From positions 2,929 through 66,928 of the forward strand of contig JAZNYK010000003.1 in the NCBI GenBank assembly GCA_045594425.1: 64,000 bases of DNA, written 5' to 3'. The stretch is from Clostridia bacterium. GTDB taxonomy: Bacteria; Bacillota; Clostridia; Christensenellales; UBA1242. The notes under the pieces are model-generated. The model was not told where the DNA came from, ran no database searches, and saw nothing but the letters and a program-made list of their open reading frames with translations. The translations under genes and the position numbers were made by a program. Each line of letters starts with the position of its first letter. Positions within the stretch are counted from its first letter, which is position 1. This document shows, piece by piece, positions 1 through 9,533 of the stretch.

Positions 1-1483
1 CAACTTCTGGCATTAAAACAACTTGTTTTTGATTAAAACAAGCAACGTTTATTGAAGCATCAACAATTTGTGAAGAAAGCATTGAAATAAGGTTCGTTGC
101 GTCAGCAGGAGCGATGTCTGAAAGATTTAAGGAATCAATAATCTTTTCTATATTTGGAATGTTTTCATTATAATATTTTAAACTTTCAGTTAAATATTTT
201 TTATTTGCGTCACAGTCAGGATTGATTCCACACGAATTTGATTGATGTTCGAGTTGTTCAGAAATGTTTTTCATGATAGCATCTATGGTTAAAGTTGATT
301 TTAAAAATTTAGAAATCTCTTCTTTTGTATATCCATAAGAAACAAGGGTGTGTGTTAAATATTCTAAAGCAGATTCAAATGATGTTTTGCTTTTCTTGTC
401 TATCAATGAAACAAACTTTGAAACATTAGCAAGTTTGCTGGCAAACAGCATTGTGTTTTCAGAAATCATTTCAGATGTTATTGAATTGATAGTATCATCT
501 ATTAATGTGTTTACATTTGAATTGTTAATAGTATTTGTTGCGTGTTCATAAATTAAAACATCTTGACTTTTCCCGGCTGTTTTTTCTGGAAATAAATATG
601 ATAAAACCTTAGGTGAATCATAACCATCAAACAAAAAGTCGGGGTTATAGTTGGCTTGCATAGACTTATCTATTTTTATTGGTGGTTTATCTTTGTAGTA
701 TTCGTGTTCTTTTATTTTATCATAAGGGATGAGGGCGTGGTCAAAGGTTAATATATTTACTTTTTTACCACCATATCCAGTAGTGTGTTTGGTGTAATCA
801 AATGTTGGATTTGAATAATATATGCCGTGTTTATTATATTTATCATCTTCGATTCTAACGCAGCAAGACAGGTGATTAGTATAAGTTTGCTTTTCAAAAT
901 CATACACACCCTCTGTTTGTAATGTGCAAGGAATTTCAAGTTTATTAAGTATTGTAAACAGTAATGTTGCAAAACCTGCGCAAACAATTTTATCTCCATT
1001 TAAAACACCGATAGGGTTTCTTGAAACTTGTGGGTTATCAGAATCTTTTTCTTCCATATAAACCCTGTTTACAACATAGGTGTATGCGTATAAAAACTTT
1101 TCTAAATTTGATAATTTTTGTCCCTCAACATTTGCAGATGAGATTTCGCTAACAATGTTGTTAATCTGTCTGCTTGCAGAAAGGGCTTCTTCAACCGAGA
1201 ATAGTTCGTCAAATGTTAATTCTTTTTTATACTTTTCTCTTGCTATTGTTACGTTTTCTAAAAGAATTTTTATTTCATCTTCATTATATAAATACTCAAA
1301 CGAAGAATAATTATTTCCTTTGTTGCTAAAACCAGATAAAATTGTTATGTTTGAGTTTGGAAAATTTTGAAGAATAAAAACAAGCAGGTCTTTATTTAAA
1401 ACAACTTCTTTTGTTAATTTCAAATCAACACCGTCTTGAATTTGTTTTAGGCTTTCTATGGTAGTTTCCTTTGTGATAAACAT
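1..1483 (-). CDS. Transglutaminase-like cysteine-protease-domain protein (3' end runs off the window; absent from ORF track for that reason)
   Basis: Reverse-strand ATG at 1483..1481 follows GAGGTG (6-nt spacer). The frame stays open to position 1 in my manual translation (MFITKETTIESLKQIQDGV...). It contains GDKIVCAGFATLL, then NHLSC and a downstream Asp, which resembles the transglutaminase-core Cys-His-Asp arrangement. No signal peptide seen. Confidence 0.6.
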   Translation of the reverse strand, partial: MFITKETTIESLKQIQDGVDLKLTKEVVLNKDLLVFILQNFPNSNITILSGFSNKGNNYSSFEYLYNEDEIKILLENVTIAREKYKKELTFDELFSVEEALSASRQINNIVSEISSANVEGQKLSNLEKFLYAYTYVVNRVYMEEKDSDNPQVSRNPIGVLNGDKIVCAGFATLLFTILNKLEIPCTLQTEGVYDFEKQTYTNHLSCCVRIEDDKYNKHGIYYSNPTFDYTKHTTGYGGKKVNILTFDHALIPYDKIKEHEYYKDKPPIKIDKSMQANYNPDFLFDGYDSPKVLSYLFPEKTAGKSQDVLIYEHATNTINNSNVNTLIDDTINSITSEMISENTMLFASKLANVSKFVSLIDKKSKTSFESALEYLTHTLVSYGYTKEEISKFLKSTLTIDAIMKNISEQLEHQSNSCGINPDCDANKKYLTESLKYYNENIPNIEKIIDSLNLSDIAPADATNLISMLSSQIVDASINVACFNQKQVVLMPEV

Positions 1484-1751
1484 AATGTACACCTCAATTA
1501 ACGTAATTGTATCATAATAAGAGCACACAAGGCAACATAAAAAAATAAAACAAGAATATGTCAAGTGTTTTTTACTGATTTTTTGGTATTTATTTTTTAA
1601 TTTTTGCATATTTTTAATTGACAAAATTTAATTTTTGTAAAATCGAAAATAAATCTCAAAAAATAATTAAAAATAAATAAAAAATGTTTTACATAATACC
1701 TAAATTAATGTAAAATAAAATAGTAAAATAATGGGTAAAAAGGAAGATTAT

Positions 1752-3194
1752 ATGGAAAGAGGTTGTGGAATTTTACTACCTATATCATCACTCCCAAACA
1801 AGCATGGGTTTGGATGTTTTTCTCATGAGGCTTATGATTTTATTGATTACCTAAATTCTTTGGGTATGAAATATTGGCAAATTCTTCCACTTGGCCCAGT
1901 TGATGGTGTGGGCTCACCATACAGCAGCGTGTCTGCATTTGCTGGTGAACCACTTTATATTGACATCGAAAGCATTTTGGATGAAAGTGAACTTGCGCTT
2001 TACAAACTTTCTTCAGACCTTTCATTCGAAGAGTATAGAACAAGAAAAATGGAAGCACTTAAATATGTTTTTAGCAAACTTTATTACATCACAAATATCG
2101 ACAAGTTTGTTGAAGAAAATGAAAGTTGGGTTTATGACTATGCTGTTTATATGACATTAACAGATAATTTAAAAACCACTTTTTCAGACTTTCCTCCTGA
2201 ATATAAAGACACTGAATCACCTGAAACAATTGAGTTTATAAAAACACATCAAGAAGAAATTGTTTATTACATTTTCTTACAATACTTGTTTTATGAACAA
2301 TGGCAAAACATAAAAGCCTATGCAAATTTCAAGGGCATAAAAATCATTGGAGATGTTCCAATTTATTGCCCAATGAACAGTGCTGATATGTATGCAAACA
2401 AAAAATGTTTCATGCTTAATGACGAAGGCGTGCCAACCTATATTTCTGGTGTGCCTGGTGACTATTTTAATCCAGATGGTCAAATTTGGAATAATCCACT
2501 TTATGACTATGATTATATGAAGCAAACCAAGTTTGATTGGTGGATTCGCCGTATGAAACACTGCTCAAAATTATATGACATTACAAGAATCGACCACTTC
2601 CGTGGTTTTGAATCTTTCTTTGCTATTCCTTATGGTGAAACCACTGTAAAAAATGGCGTTTATATGAAAGGTCCAGGCATGGATATATTTGATGAGTTTT
2701 ATAAAAACGGAATCAGAGATTTAATTTTGGAAGACCTTGGTCAAATTTCATTTGCTGTTCGTGCGCTTCGCAGAAGAACAGGTTTGGCAGGCATGAAGGT
2801 TATGCAGTTTGCGTTTGATGGTGACACTAAAAACACGCACCTCCCACATGATTACGAAAAGAATTCGGTTGCATATCTTGGCACACACGACAATGACACC
2901 TTTATTGGTTTCCTTGCAGACAGTGAACAAAAAAATTATTTCTGCAACTATTTCCACTTACCAAAAAATGTTGAAAACGATGTTGTAACAAAGGTTGCAA
3001 TTGACAATCTTTTATCAACCAATTCGGTTGTGTGCATCCTTACAATGCAAGACATTTTGTGTGAAGGAAGTGAAAGCAGAATCAACACTCCTGGAACAAA
3101 TGAGGGCAACTGGATATACAAACTTCGTCCAGATTACAAAGAAGCAAAAATCAATAGATATATTAAACAATTAATTAAAAATAAAAACAGATAA
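1752..3194 (+). CDS. malQ: 4-alpha-glucanotransferase (amylomaltase, GH77)
   Basis: N-terminus RGCGILLPISSLPNKHGFGCF is typical of MalQ and the length is about 480 aa. Start moved to ATG 1752, which follows AAGGAAG; the track start 1731 lacks an SD. Confidence 0.85.
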   Translation: MERGCGILLPISSLPNKHGFGCFSHEAYDFIDYLNSLGMKYWQILPLGPVDGVGSPYSSVSAFAGEPLYIDIESILDESELALYKLSSDLSFEEYRTRKMEALKYVFSKLYYITNIDKFVEENESWVYDYAVYMTLTDNLKTTFSDFPPEYKDTESPETIEFIKTHQEEIVYYIFLQYLFYEQWQNIKAYANFKGIKIIGDVPIYCPMNSADMYANKKCFMLNDEGVPTYISGVPGDYFNPDGQIWNNPLYDYDYMKQTKFDWWIRRMKHCSKLYDITRIDHFRGFESFFAIPYGETTVKNGVYMKGPGMDIFDEFYKNGIRDLILEDLGQISFAVRALRRRTGLAGMKVMQFAFDGDTKNTHLPHDYEKNSVAYLGTHDNDTFIGFLADSEQKNYFCNYFHLPKNVENDVVTKVAIDNLLSTNSVVCILTMQDILCEGSESRINTPGTNEGNWIYKLRPDYKEAKINRYIKQLIKNKNR

Positions 3195-3206
3195 AAGGAA
3201 AGATAT

Positions 3207-5561
3207 ATGGAAAAATCAAAAGAAATATATTTGTTTCAACAAGGCACATATTACCATGCTTACAACTTTATGGGGTGTCATCCAGAAAATGGTGGTGCAT
3301 GGTTCAGAGTTTGGGCTCCAAAAGCAAAAGAAATAAGTGTTGTTGGTGACTTTAATGGTTGGGACGCAAATGCTCACAAACTTTCAAGAATTGATGAAAG
3401 TGATGTTTGGGAAGTTTTCGTTTCAAGTGTTAATCAATTCGATAACTATAAATATCAAGTTCTTGGCGCAGATGGAATCACAAGATACAAAGCAGACCCA
3501 TATGCTTTCCATAGTGAAACAAATGGTGCAACTGCATCAAAAGTTTATGACCTTGCAGATTTTGATTGGTCAGATAAAAAATATTATGAAGAAAAAGCAA
3601 TTGAAAACCATTTTGAAAAACCTATGAACGTTTATGAAGTTAACCTTCTTTCATGGAAAAAACATGAAGACGGTTCAAACTACACATACCGTGAACTTGC
3701 AGAAGAACTTGTTCCATACGTTAAAGAAATGGGTTACACACATATTGAATGTATGCCACTTACTGAATATCCATTTGAAGGTTCTTGGGGCTACCAAGTA
3801 ACAGGCTACTTTTCAGTAACAAGCAGATTTGGAACTCCAGATGATTTTAGATATTTTGTTAACAAATGTCACGAAAACAAAATCGGCGTAATTCTTGACT
3901 GGGTTCCAGCACATTTCCCAAAAGACGAACATGGTTTGGTTGAATGGGATGGCAGTTATTGCTACGAAAATCAAGGTTGGGACAGAATGGAATTTGTCGG
4001 TTGGGGAACCAGAAGGTTTGACTACGGCAGAACTGAAGTTCAATCATTTTTAATAAGTTCCGCAACATTCTTCTTGGATAAATTCCATGTGGATGGCTTA
4101 AGAGTTGACGCTGTTGCTTCAATGCTTTATCTAGACTACGATAAAAAAGAAGGTGAATGGATTCCTAACGAATATGGTGAAAACAAAAACCTTGAAGCAA
4201 TTGCTTTCTTAAGAAAACTTAATTCCGTAATTTTAACAGAATATCCAAGTGCATTAATGATTGCTGAAGAATCAACCGCTTGGCCAATGGTTACAAAGCC
4301 AGGTTATATCGGTGGTTTAGGCTTCAATTATAAATGGAACATCGGTTGGATGAACGACACACTCTCATATGTTCAAACCGACCCATATTTCAGAAAAGAT
4401 TGTCACAACAAATTAACATTTTCGATGTTCTATGCATTTTCAGAAAACTTCATTCTTCCAATTTCACATGACGAAGTTGTTTATGAAAAGAAGTCACTTC
4501 TAAACAAAATGTATGGTGACTATAACCAAAAGTTCGATTTAATGAGAGCATTTATGATGTATATGTTTGCTCATCCAGGCAAAAAACTTTCTTTCATGGG
4601 AAATGAATTTGCACAGTTTGATGAATGGAATCACACAAAAGGCATTGATTTCTTGCTTCTTGAATTTGAAAAGCATAACAAAATGTTCTCATTCACAAAA
4701 GAACTTAATCACACATATTTAAACAATAGTGAACTTTATGAAATCGACTATTCATGGGAAGGTTTCAGATGGCTCACAGCAGACGATAATGAACACAACA
4801 TTGTTGCTTTTGAAAGAAAGAACAAAGCAGGTGAAACAATCGTTTGTATTGCAAACTTCTCACCTGTCAGAAGAGAGCATTACAGAGTTGGTCTTGATGC
4901 TGGCAGATATGAAGAAATCTTAAACTCAAACAATTCAGCGTTTGGTGGAAATGGCAGACACTATGGAACAATCGAAAGTTATGCTGTTCGTGTTAACGGT
5001 TGGGAAAATTCAATCGAACTAACACTTGAACCAAACTCTGCTGTATATTTCAAAAAGAAAGACTTGTCACTTACAATCAAAGCAAAATTTAGTGATATTA
5101 ATGAAAATAAACAAAGCACTCCAGCAATGGAAGCCAAAAACGTTGTTTCAAAAATAATTGAAGCAAAAACCGCAGGAAACGACATCTTTAACATGGAAAA
5201 TTTTGAAGAAAAATTTATTCCAGTTGAACTTGTTCATAACAATGATGATTTGCAATATGCAAACGTCAAACCAGAAGAAACACCAGTTCCTGCAAAAAGG
5301 CCAAAAGGTAGACCAAGAAAACCAGTTGACCCAAACGAAGCCTTAAAACCAAAAAGGCCAAAGGGCAGACCAAGAAAACCGGTTGATCCAAACGAAGCCT
5401 TAAAACCAAAAAGACCAAAAGGTAGGCCAAGAAAGCCAGTTGACCCAAACGAAGCATTGAAGCCAAAAAGACCAAAGGGCAGACCAAGAAAACCAATTGA
5501 CCCAAACGAAGCCTTAAAACCAAAAAGGCCAAGGGGCAGACCAAGAAAGGAAACAATTTAA
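3207..5561 (+). CDS. glgB: 1,4-alpha-glucan branching enzyme (GH13) with C-terminal AT-hook-like repeat tail
   Basis: GH13 catalytic regions HVDGLRVDAVASMLY, MIAEESTAWP and LPISHDEVV. N-terminal YLFQQGTYYHAYNFMGCH is typical of GlgB. SD AAAAGGAAAG lies upstream. Confidence 0.9.
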   Translation: MEKSKEIYLFQQGTYYHAYNFMGCHPENGGAWFRVWAPKAKEISVVGDFNGWDANAHKLSRIDESDVWEVFVSSVNQFDNYKYQVLGADGITRYKADPYAFHSETNGATASKVYDLADFDWSDKKYYEEKAIENHFEKPMNVYEVNLLSWKKHEDGSNYTYRELAEELVPYVKEMGYTHIECMPLTEYPFEGSWGYQVTGYFSVTSRFGTPDDFRYFVNKCHENKIGVILDWVPAHFPKDEHGLVEWDGSYCYENQGWDRMEFVGWGTRRFDYGRTEVQSFLISSATFFLDKFHVDGLRVDAVASMLYLDYDKKEGEWIPNEYGENKNLEAIAFLRKLNSVILTEYPSALMIAEESTAWPMVTKPGYIGGLGFNYKWNIGWMNDTLSYVQTDPYFRKDCHNKLTFSMFYAFSENFILPISHDEVVYEKKSLLNKMYGDYNQKFDLMRAFMMYMFAHPGKKLSFMGNEFAQFDEWNHTKGIDFLLLEFEKHNKMFSFTKELNHTYLNNSELYEIDYSWEGFRWLTADDNEHNIVAFERKNKAGETIVCIANFSPVRREHYRVGLDAGRYEEILNSNNSAFGGNGRHYGTIESYAVRVNGWENSIELTLEPNSAVYFKKKDLSLTIKAKFSDINENKQSTPAMEAKNVVSKIIEAKTAGNDIFNMENFEEKFIPVELVHNNDDLQYANVKPEETPVPAKRPKGRPRKPVDPNEALKPKRPKGRPRKPVDPNEALKPKRPKGRPRKPVDPNEALKPKRPKGRPRKPIDPNEALKPKRPRGRPRKETI
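5289..5558 (+). repeat. In-frame 57-bp (19-aa) tandem repeat, about 4.7 copies, encoding KPKRPKGRPRKPVDPNEAL
   Basis: Copies read directly from the sequence. They differ almost only at synonymous positions (aaaagg/aaaaga, ggtaga/ggcaga/ggtagg, ccagtt/ccggtt). The last copy reads KRPRGRPRKETI-stop. Confidence 0.95.
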
Positions 5562-5596
5562 ATTTTTATAAAAAATCATTATAACTAGGAGAAGTT

Positions 5597-7078
5597 ATGG
5601 AAAAAACAACAAAAACAACAAAAACAAAAAAGGCAACAATTGAAATTAAAAAGAAAGTTTTATTTGTTGCTTCTGAAGCCCAACCTTTTTGTGCTACAGG
5701 CGGACTCGCTGACGTTTGCGGAAGTCTTCCAAAAGAAATAAAAAGAGAAGACCCATCAGTGGATATCAGAACAATCATTCCACTTTACAGCAACATTCCA
5801 GCGTGCTTTAGAAAAGACTTCAAGTTCATTGGTCACACTTATGTTACACTCTCTTGGAGAAAAGAATATTGTGGTGTGTTTGAATATGACTATGAAGGCG
5901 TAAAATATTATTTTATTGATAACGAAAAATATTTCAAACGTGACGGTGGTGAATATGGTTACTTTGATGATTGTGAAAGATTTGCTTTCTTTGCAAGAGC
6001 AGTGTTAGACATTCTTCCAATCATTGATTTCTTCCCAAATATCTTGCACGTTAACGATTGGCAATCAGCAATGATTCCAGTATATCTTAAAACCATTGGT
6101 TGGTCAGATGAAAGATATGGTGCAATCAAAACAATCTTGCAAATCCACAACATTCAATATCAAGGCAGATATGGCACACAAGTTATCGGTGACGTTTTAG
6201 GTTTAAGCGAAAAAGACGCAAGCCTTGTAACATATGATAACGACTGTAATATTTTGAAAGGCGCTATTGTAACTGCTGACAAAATCATCACTGTTAGTCC
6301 AACATATGCTGAAGAAATCAAAACACCTGAACACAGCAACGGACTTCATGAAATCGTAAAACAAAATGCTTATAAACTTCGTGGTATTTTGAATGGCCTT
6401 GACTATTCATTCTATAATCCAGAAACTGATAAAGTTATTTACACAAATTATTCAGTTGGAAACATGGATAACAAAGCAAAAAATAAAGAATTATTACAAA
6501 AAGAAATGGGTCTTGAAGTTACCCCAGACAAACCAATCATTGCATTCTGCTCAAGAATGAATGTTACAAAAGGTTTTGACCTTGTAAAAAGTTGTATTGA
6601 AAACCTCATCAACGAACTTGATATTCAATTTGTTGGGGTTGGTTCTGGTGACAGAGAATACACAGACTTCTTTAACTATCTTAACAACAAATATCCAAGC
6701 AAAGTTCATGTAACTCTTGGATACAGCCTTGAAATTGGCAAAAAGATTTATTCAGGTTCAGATATTTACATCATGCCATCAATCACAGAGCCTTGTGGTC
6801 TTTCACAAATTGTAGCAAGCCGTTATGGTGTTGTTCCAATTGTTAGAGAAGTTGGTGGTTTGAAAGATACAATCAAAGACTTTGGTTGTGAAGGTGGCGG
6901 AAATGGCTACACTTTCACAAATGCTTTTGTTAGCGACCTTGAATATTCAATCAGAAGAGCAGTTGAAGACTTTAAAGATAAAGAAGGCTGGGCTAAAAAG
7001 ATTGAAACCGTTATGACAATTGACTTTAGTTGGAATAAAACAGCAAAAGAATACATTGAAACTTATAATGAATTATAG
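5597..7078 (+). CDS. glgA: Glycogen synthase (ADP-glucose type, GT5)
   Basis: VLFVASEAQPFCATGGLADVCGSLPKE (KTGGL-type motif) and a C-terminal GT-B region SITEPCGLSQIVASRYG. SD AGGAGAAG. Confidence 0.9.
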   Translation: MEKTTKTTKTKKATIEIKKKVLFVASEAQPFCATGGLADVCGSLPKEIKREDPSVDIRTIIPLYSNIPACFRKDFKFIGHTYVTLSWRKEYCGVFEYDYEGVKYYFIDNEKYFKRDGGEYGYFDDCERFAFFARAVLDILPIIDFFPNILHVNDWQSAMIPVYLKTIGWSDERYGAIKTILQIHNIQYQGRYGTQVIGDVLGLSEKDASLVTYDNDCNILKGAIVTADKIITVSPTYAEEIKTPEHSNGLHEIVKQNAYKLRGILNGLDYSFYNPETDKVIYTNYSVGNMDNKAKNKELLQKEMGLEVTPDKPIIAFCSRMNVTKGFDLVKSCIENLINELDIQFVGVGSGDREYTDFFNYLNNKYPSKVHVTLGYSLEIGKKIYSGSDIYIMPSITEPCGLSQIVASRYGVVPIVREVGGLKDTIKDFGCEGGGNGYTFTNAFVSDLEYSIRRAVEDFKDKEGWAKKIETVMTIDFSWNKTAKEYIETYNEL

Positions 7079-7086
7079 GAGTTATT

Positions 7087-9510
7087 ATGTTAACAAAAAC
7101 ACAAATGCTTTCAGCAGAAAAGCACTTAACTGAATATTTGTTAAAACATTATGGCAAAAATTTGGATACCGCCAGCGCAGAGCAACTTTATCTTGCTCTT
7201 GCTGGTGTTGCCAAAGAAACATTGTGGAACAAGCGTTTGAAAAGTTACAACAAAAACAACATTGACCACAAAACCGTTCACTATATGTCAATTGAGTTTT
7301 TAATTGGAAGAAACTTAAGAAACCACCTTTGGAATTTGGGGCTCGATAAGTTTTATACAGAACTATTAAAAGAGCATGGCAAAGACATTTCAGAGGTTTA
7401 TGACATCGAAAAAGATGCGGGGCTCGGAAATGGTGGTCTTGGCAGACTTGCAGCGTGTTTTATGGATTCTCTTGCAACTCTTGGCTACAAAGCATTTGGA
7501 CACTGCATAAAGTATGAATATGGTTTGTTTAACCAAAAAATCATTGACGGAAGACAAGTTGAAAAACCAGATGAATGGCTTTCAACTGGCGATGTTTGGC
7601 TTGAAAAACGCCGTGACCAAGCAGTTGACATTTTGATTGGTGGAACATTAAAACAAACCTATGAAAATGATAGACTTGGATATGAAAACATTAACCCAAC
7701 AGTTATCAGAGCCATTCCATATGACATGATGGTTAGTGGTTATGACACAACAAACACAGCAATTTTGCGTTTGTGGGAGGCTCGTGGAATCAACAAGTTC
7801 AACATCAAAAAATTTGATGGTGGTGAATATGTTGAAGCGTTAAGAGAAAAGGACGAACTTGAAGCACTTAACAAAGTTTTGTATCCTTCAGACAATACAG
7901 ACAAAGGCAAAAAATTAAGACTTATTCAAGAATATTTCTTGGTGTCTGCTGCAATGCAAGACATTTTGACAGATTATTTTGAAAGAGAAAAAAATCTTAA
8001 AAATATTGCAAAAAGAATTTCTATTCACATCAACGACACTCATCCAGCACTTTGCATTCCAGAACTTATGCGTCTTTTGATTGATAAGTATGGTTATGGT
8101 TGGGATGAATCTTGGGCGGCTGTTCAAAGCATCATGAGTTACACAAACCACACAATTTTGTCAGAAGCACTTGAAGTTGTTAATATGTCAACAATCGAAA
8201 ACATTGTTCCAAGAATTGCTATGATTATTCGTGAACTTGACAGACGTTTCAGAATTGAACTTAATGACTTTATCAAAAATGACCCACGCCGTGTTGAATC
8301 AATGTCAATCATTAGCGGTGGAAGGGTGTTTATGGCAAATATGTCAATCTATGCTTCACACACAGTTAATGGTGTTGCAAAAATTCACACACATATTTTA
8401 AAAACAAGATTGTTCCATCCATATGTTGAAATTTATCCAGATAAATTTAAAAACATCACAAATGGTGTAACACATCGTAGATGGATTTCTCAATCAAACC
8501 CAAAACTTGATGAACTTATCACATCGCTTATTGGCACTGGTTATTACACAAAGCCAAACGAACTTTCAAAACTAGACGAGTTTCTTGACGATAAAGAAGT
8601 GTTGAAAAAAGTTCATGATATCAAGTTTGAAAACAAAAAAAGATTTGCTGATTATCTTAAAAAGACACAAGGTATTGAAATCGACCCAACCTGGCGTTTT
8701 GATGTTCTTGTAAAACGTATTCACGAATACAAACGTCAACTTATGAACGTTTTGAGAATTATTTATCTTTGCAACAAAATTCGTGAAAATCCAAATGAAC
8801 CAGTAACCCCACAAGTGTTTATCTTTGCGGGCAAGGCTGCTTCTGGTTATACAATGGCAAAGCGTATCATTAAACTCATCAATCAACTCTCGGTTGAAAT
8901 TAATAATGACCCACTTCTTTCAAGCAAACTTAAAGTTGTGTTTGTTGAAAACTACAGTGTAACGGTTTCAGAACTTTTGATGCCAGCAACCGAAGTTACT
9001 CAACAAATTTCACTTGCAGGAAGAGAGGCTAGTGGAACAGGCAACATGAAAGCCGTTGCAAACGGTGCACTTATGATGTGCACAATCGATGGAGCAAACA
9101 TCGAAATTGCAGACCAAGTTGGTGTTGAAAACACATTTGAATTTGGTTTGGTTGCAGAAGACGTTGAAAAAATTAAAAATCGTGGCTATAACGCAACTGA
9201 TTATTATATTGCAAGTCAAAAAGTTAGAAGTGTTGTAGACAAACTTAATTCTGGTCTTGGTGGCGAAACATTCAGCGATATTGTTGAATATTTGCTTGGA
9301 CACGCAGATTATAAAGACTCTTATATGTGTCTTGCAGATTTCGAATCATTTATTGATGCTCATTACAAAATGGATAAGGCTTATGCTGACCAAGAATGGT
9401 GGAGCAAAAAATCATTGCATTGTATTGCATCAATGGGACACTTCTCATCAGATAGGTCTATTGAAGAATATGTTCAAAAGATTTGGAAACTCGAAAAAAA
9501 TAAATTCTAA
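7087..9510 (+). CDS. glgP: Glycogen/maltodextrin phosphorylase (GT35)
   Basis: PLP-lysine motif EASGTGNMKAVANGAL. GLGNGGLGRLAACFMDS. 807 aa. Confidence 0.92.
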   Translation: MLTKTQMLSAEKHLTEYLLKHYGKNLDTASAEQLYLALAGVAKETLWNKRLKSYNKNNIDHKTVHYMSIEFLIGRNLRNHLWNLGLDKFYTELLKEHGKDISEVYDIEKDAGLGNGGLGRLAACFMDSLATLGYKAFGHCIKYEYGLFNQKIIDGRQVEKPDEWLSTGDVWLEKRRDQAVDILIGGTLKQTYENDRLGYENINPTVIRAIPYDMMVSGYDTTNTAILRLWEARGINKFNIKKFDGGEYVEALREKDELEALNKVLYPSDNTDKGKKLRLIQEYFLVSAAMQDILTDYFEREKNLKNIAKRISIHINDTHPALCIPELMRLLIDKYGYGWDESWAAVQSIMSYTNHTILSEALEVVNMSTIENIVPRIAMIIRELDRRFRIELNDFIKNDPRRVESMSIISGGRVFMANMSIYASHTVNGVAKIHTHILKTRLFHPYVEIYPDKFKNITNGVTHRRWISQSNPKLDELITSLIGTGYYTKPNELSKLDEFLDDKEVLKKVHDIKFENKKRFADYLKKTQGIEIDPTWRFDVLVKRIHEYKRQLMNVLRIIYLCNKIRENPNEPVTPQVFIFAGKAASGYTMAKRIIKLINQLSVEINNDPLLSSKLKVVFVENYSVTVSELLMPATEVTQQISLAGREASGTGNMKAVANGALMMCTIDGANIEIADQVGVENTFEFGLVAEDVEKIKNRGYNATDYYIASQKVRSVVDKLNSGLGGETFSDIVEYLLGHADYKDSYMCLADFESFIDAHYKMDKAYADQEWWSKKSLHCIASMGHFSSDRSIEEYVQKIWKLEKNKF

Positions 9511-9533
9511 ACAAAAGCAAAGGGGCGCAGTTT

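Noticed and set aside
5266-5556. 96-aa minus-strand Leu/Arg-rich ORF, and the question of whether the 57-bp repeats form a CRISPR-like array
   Set aside because: The repeats are contiguous with no spacers, lie in frame within glgB, and vary synonymously. The antisense ORF is a by-product of the repeat.
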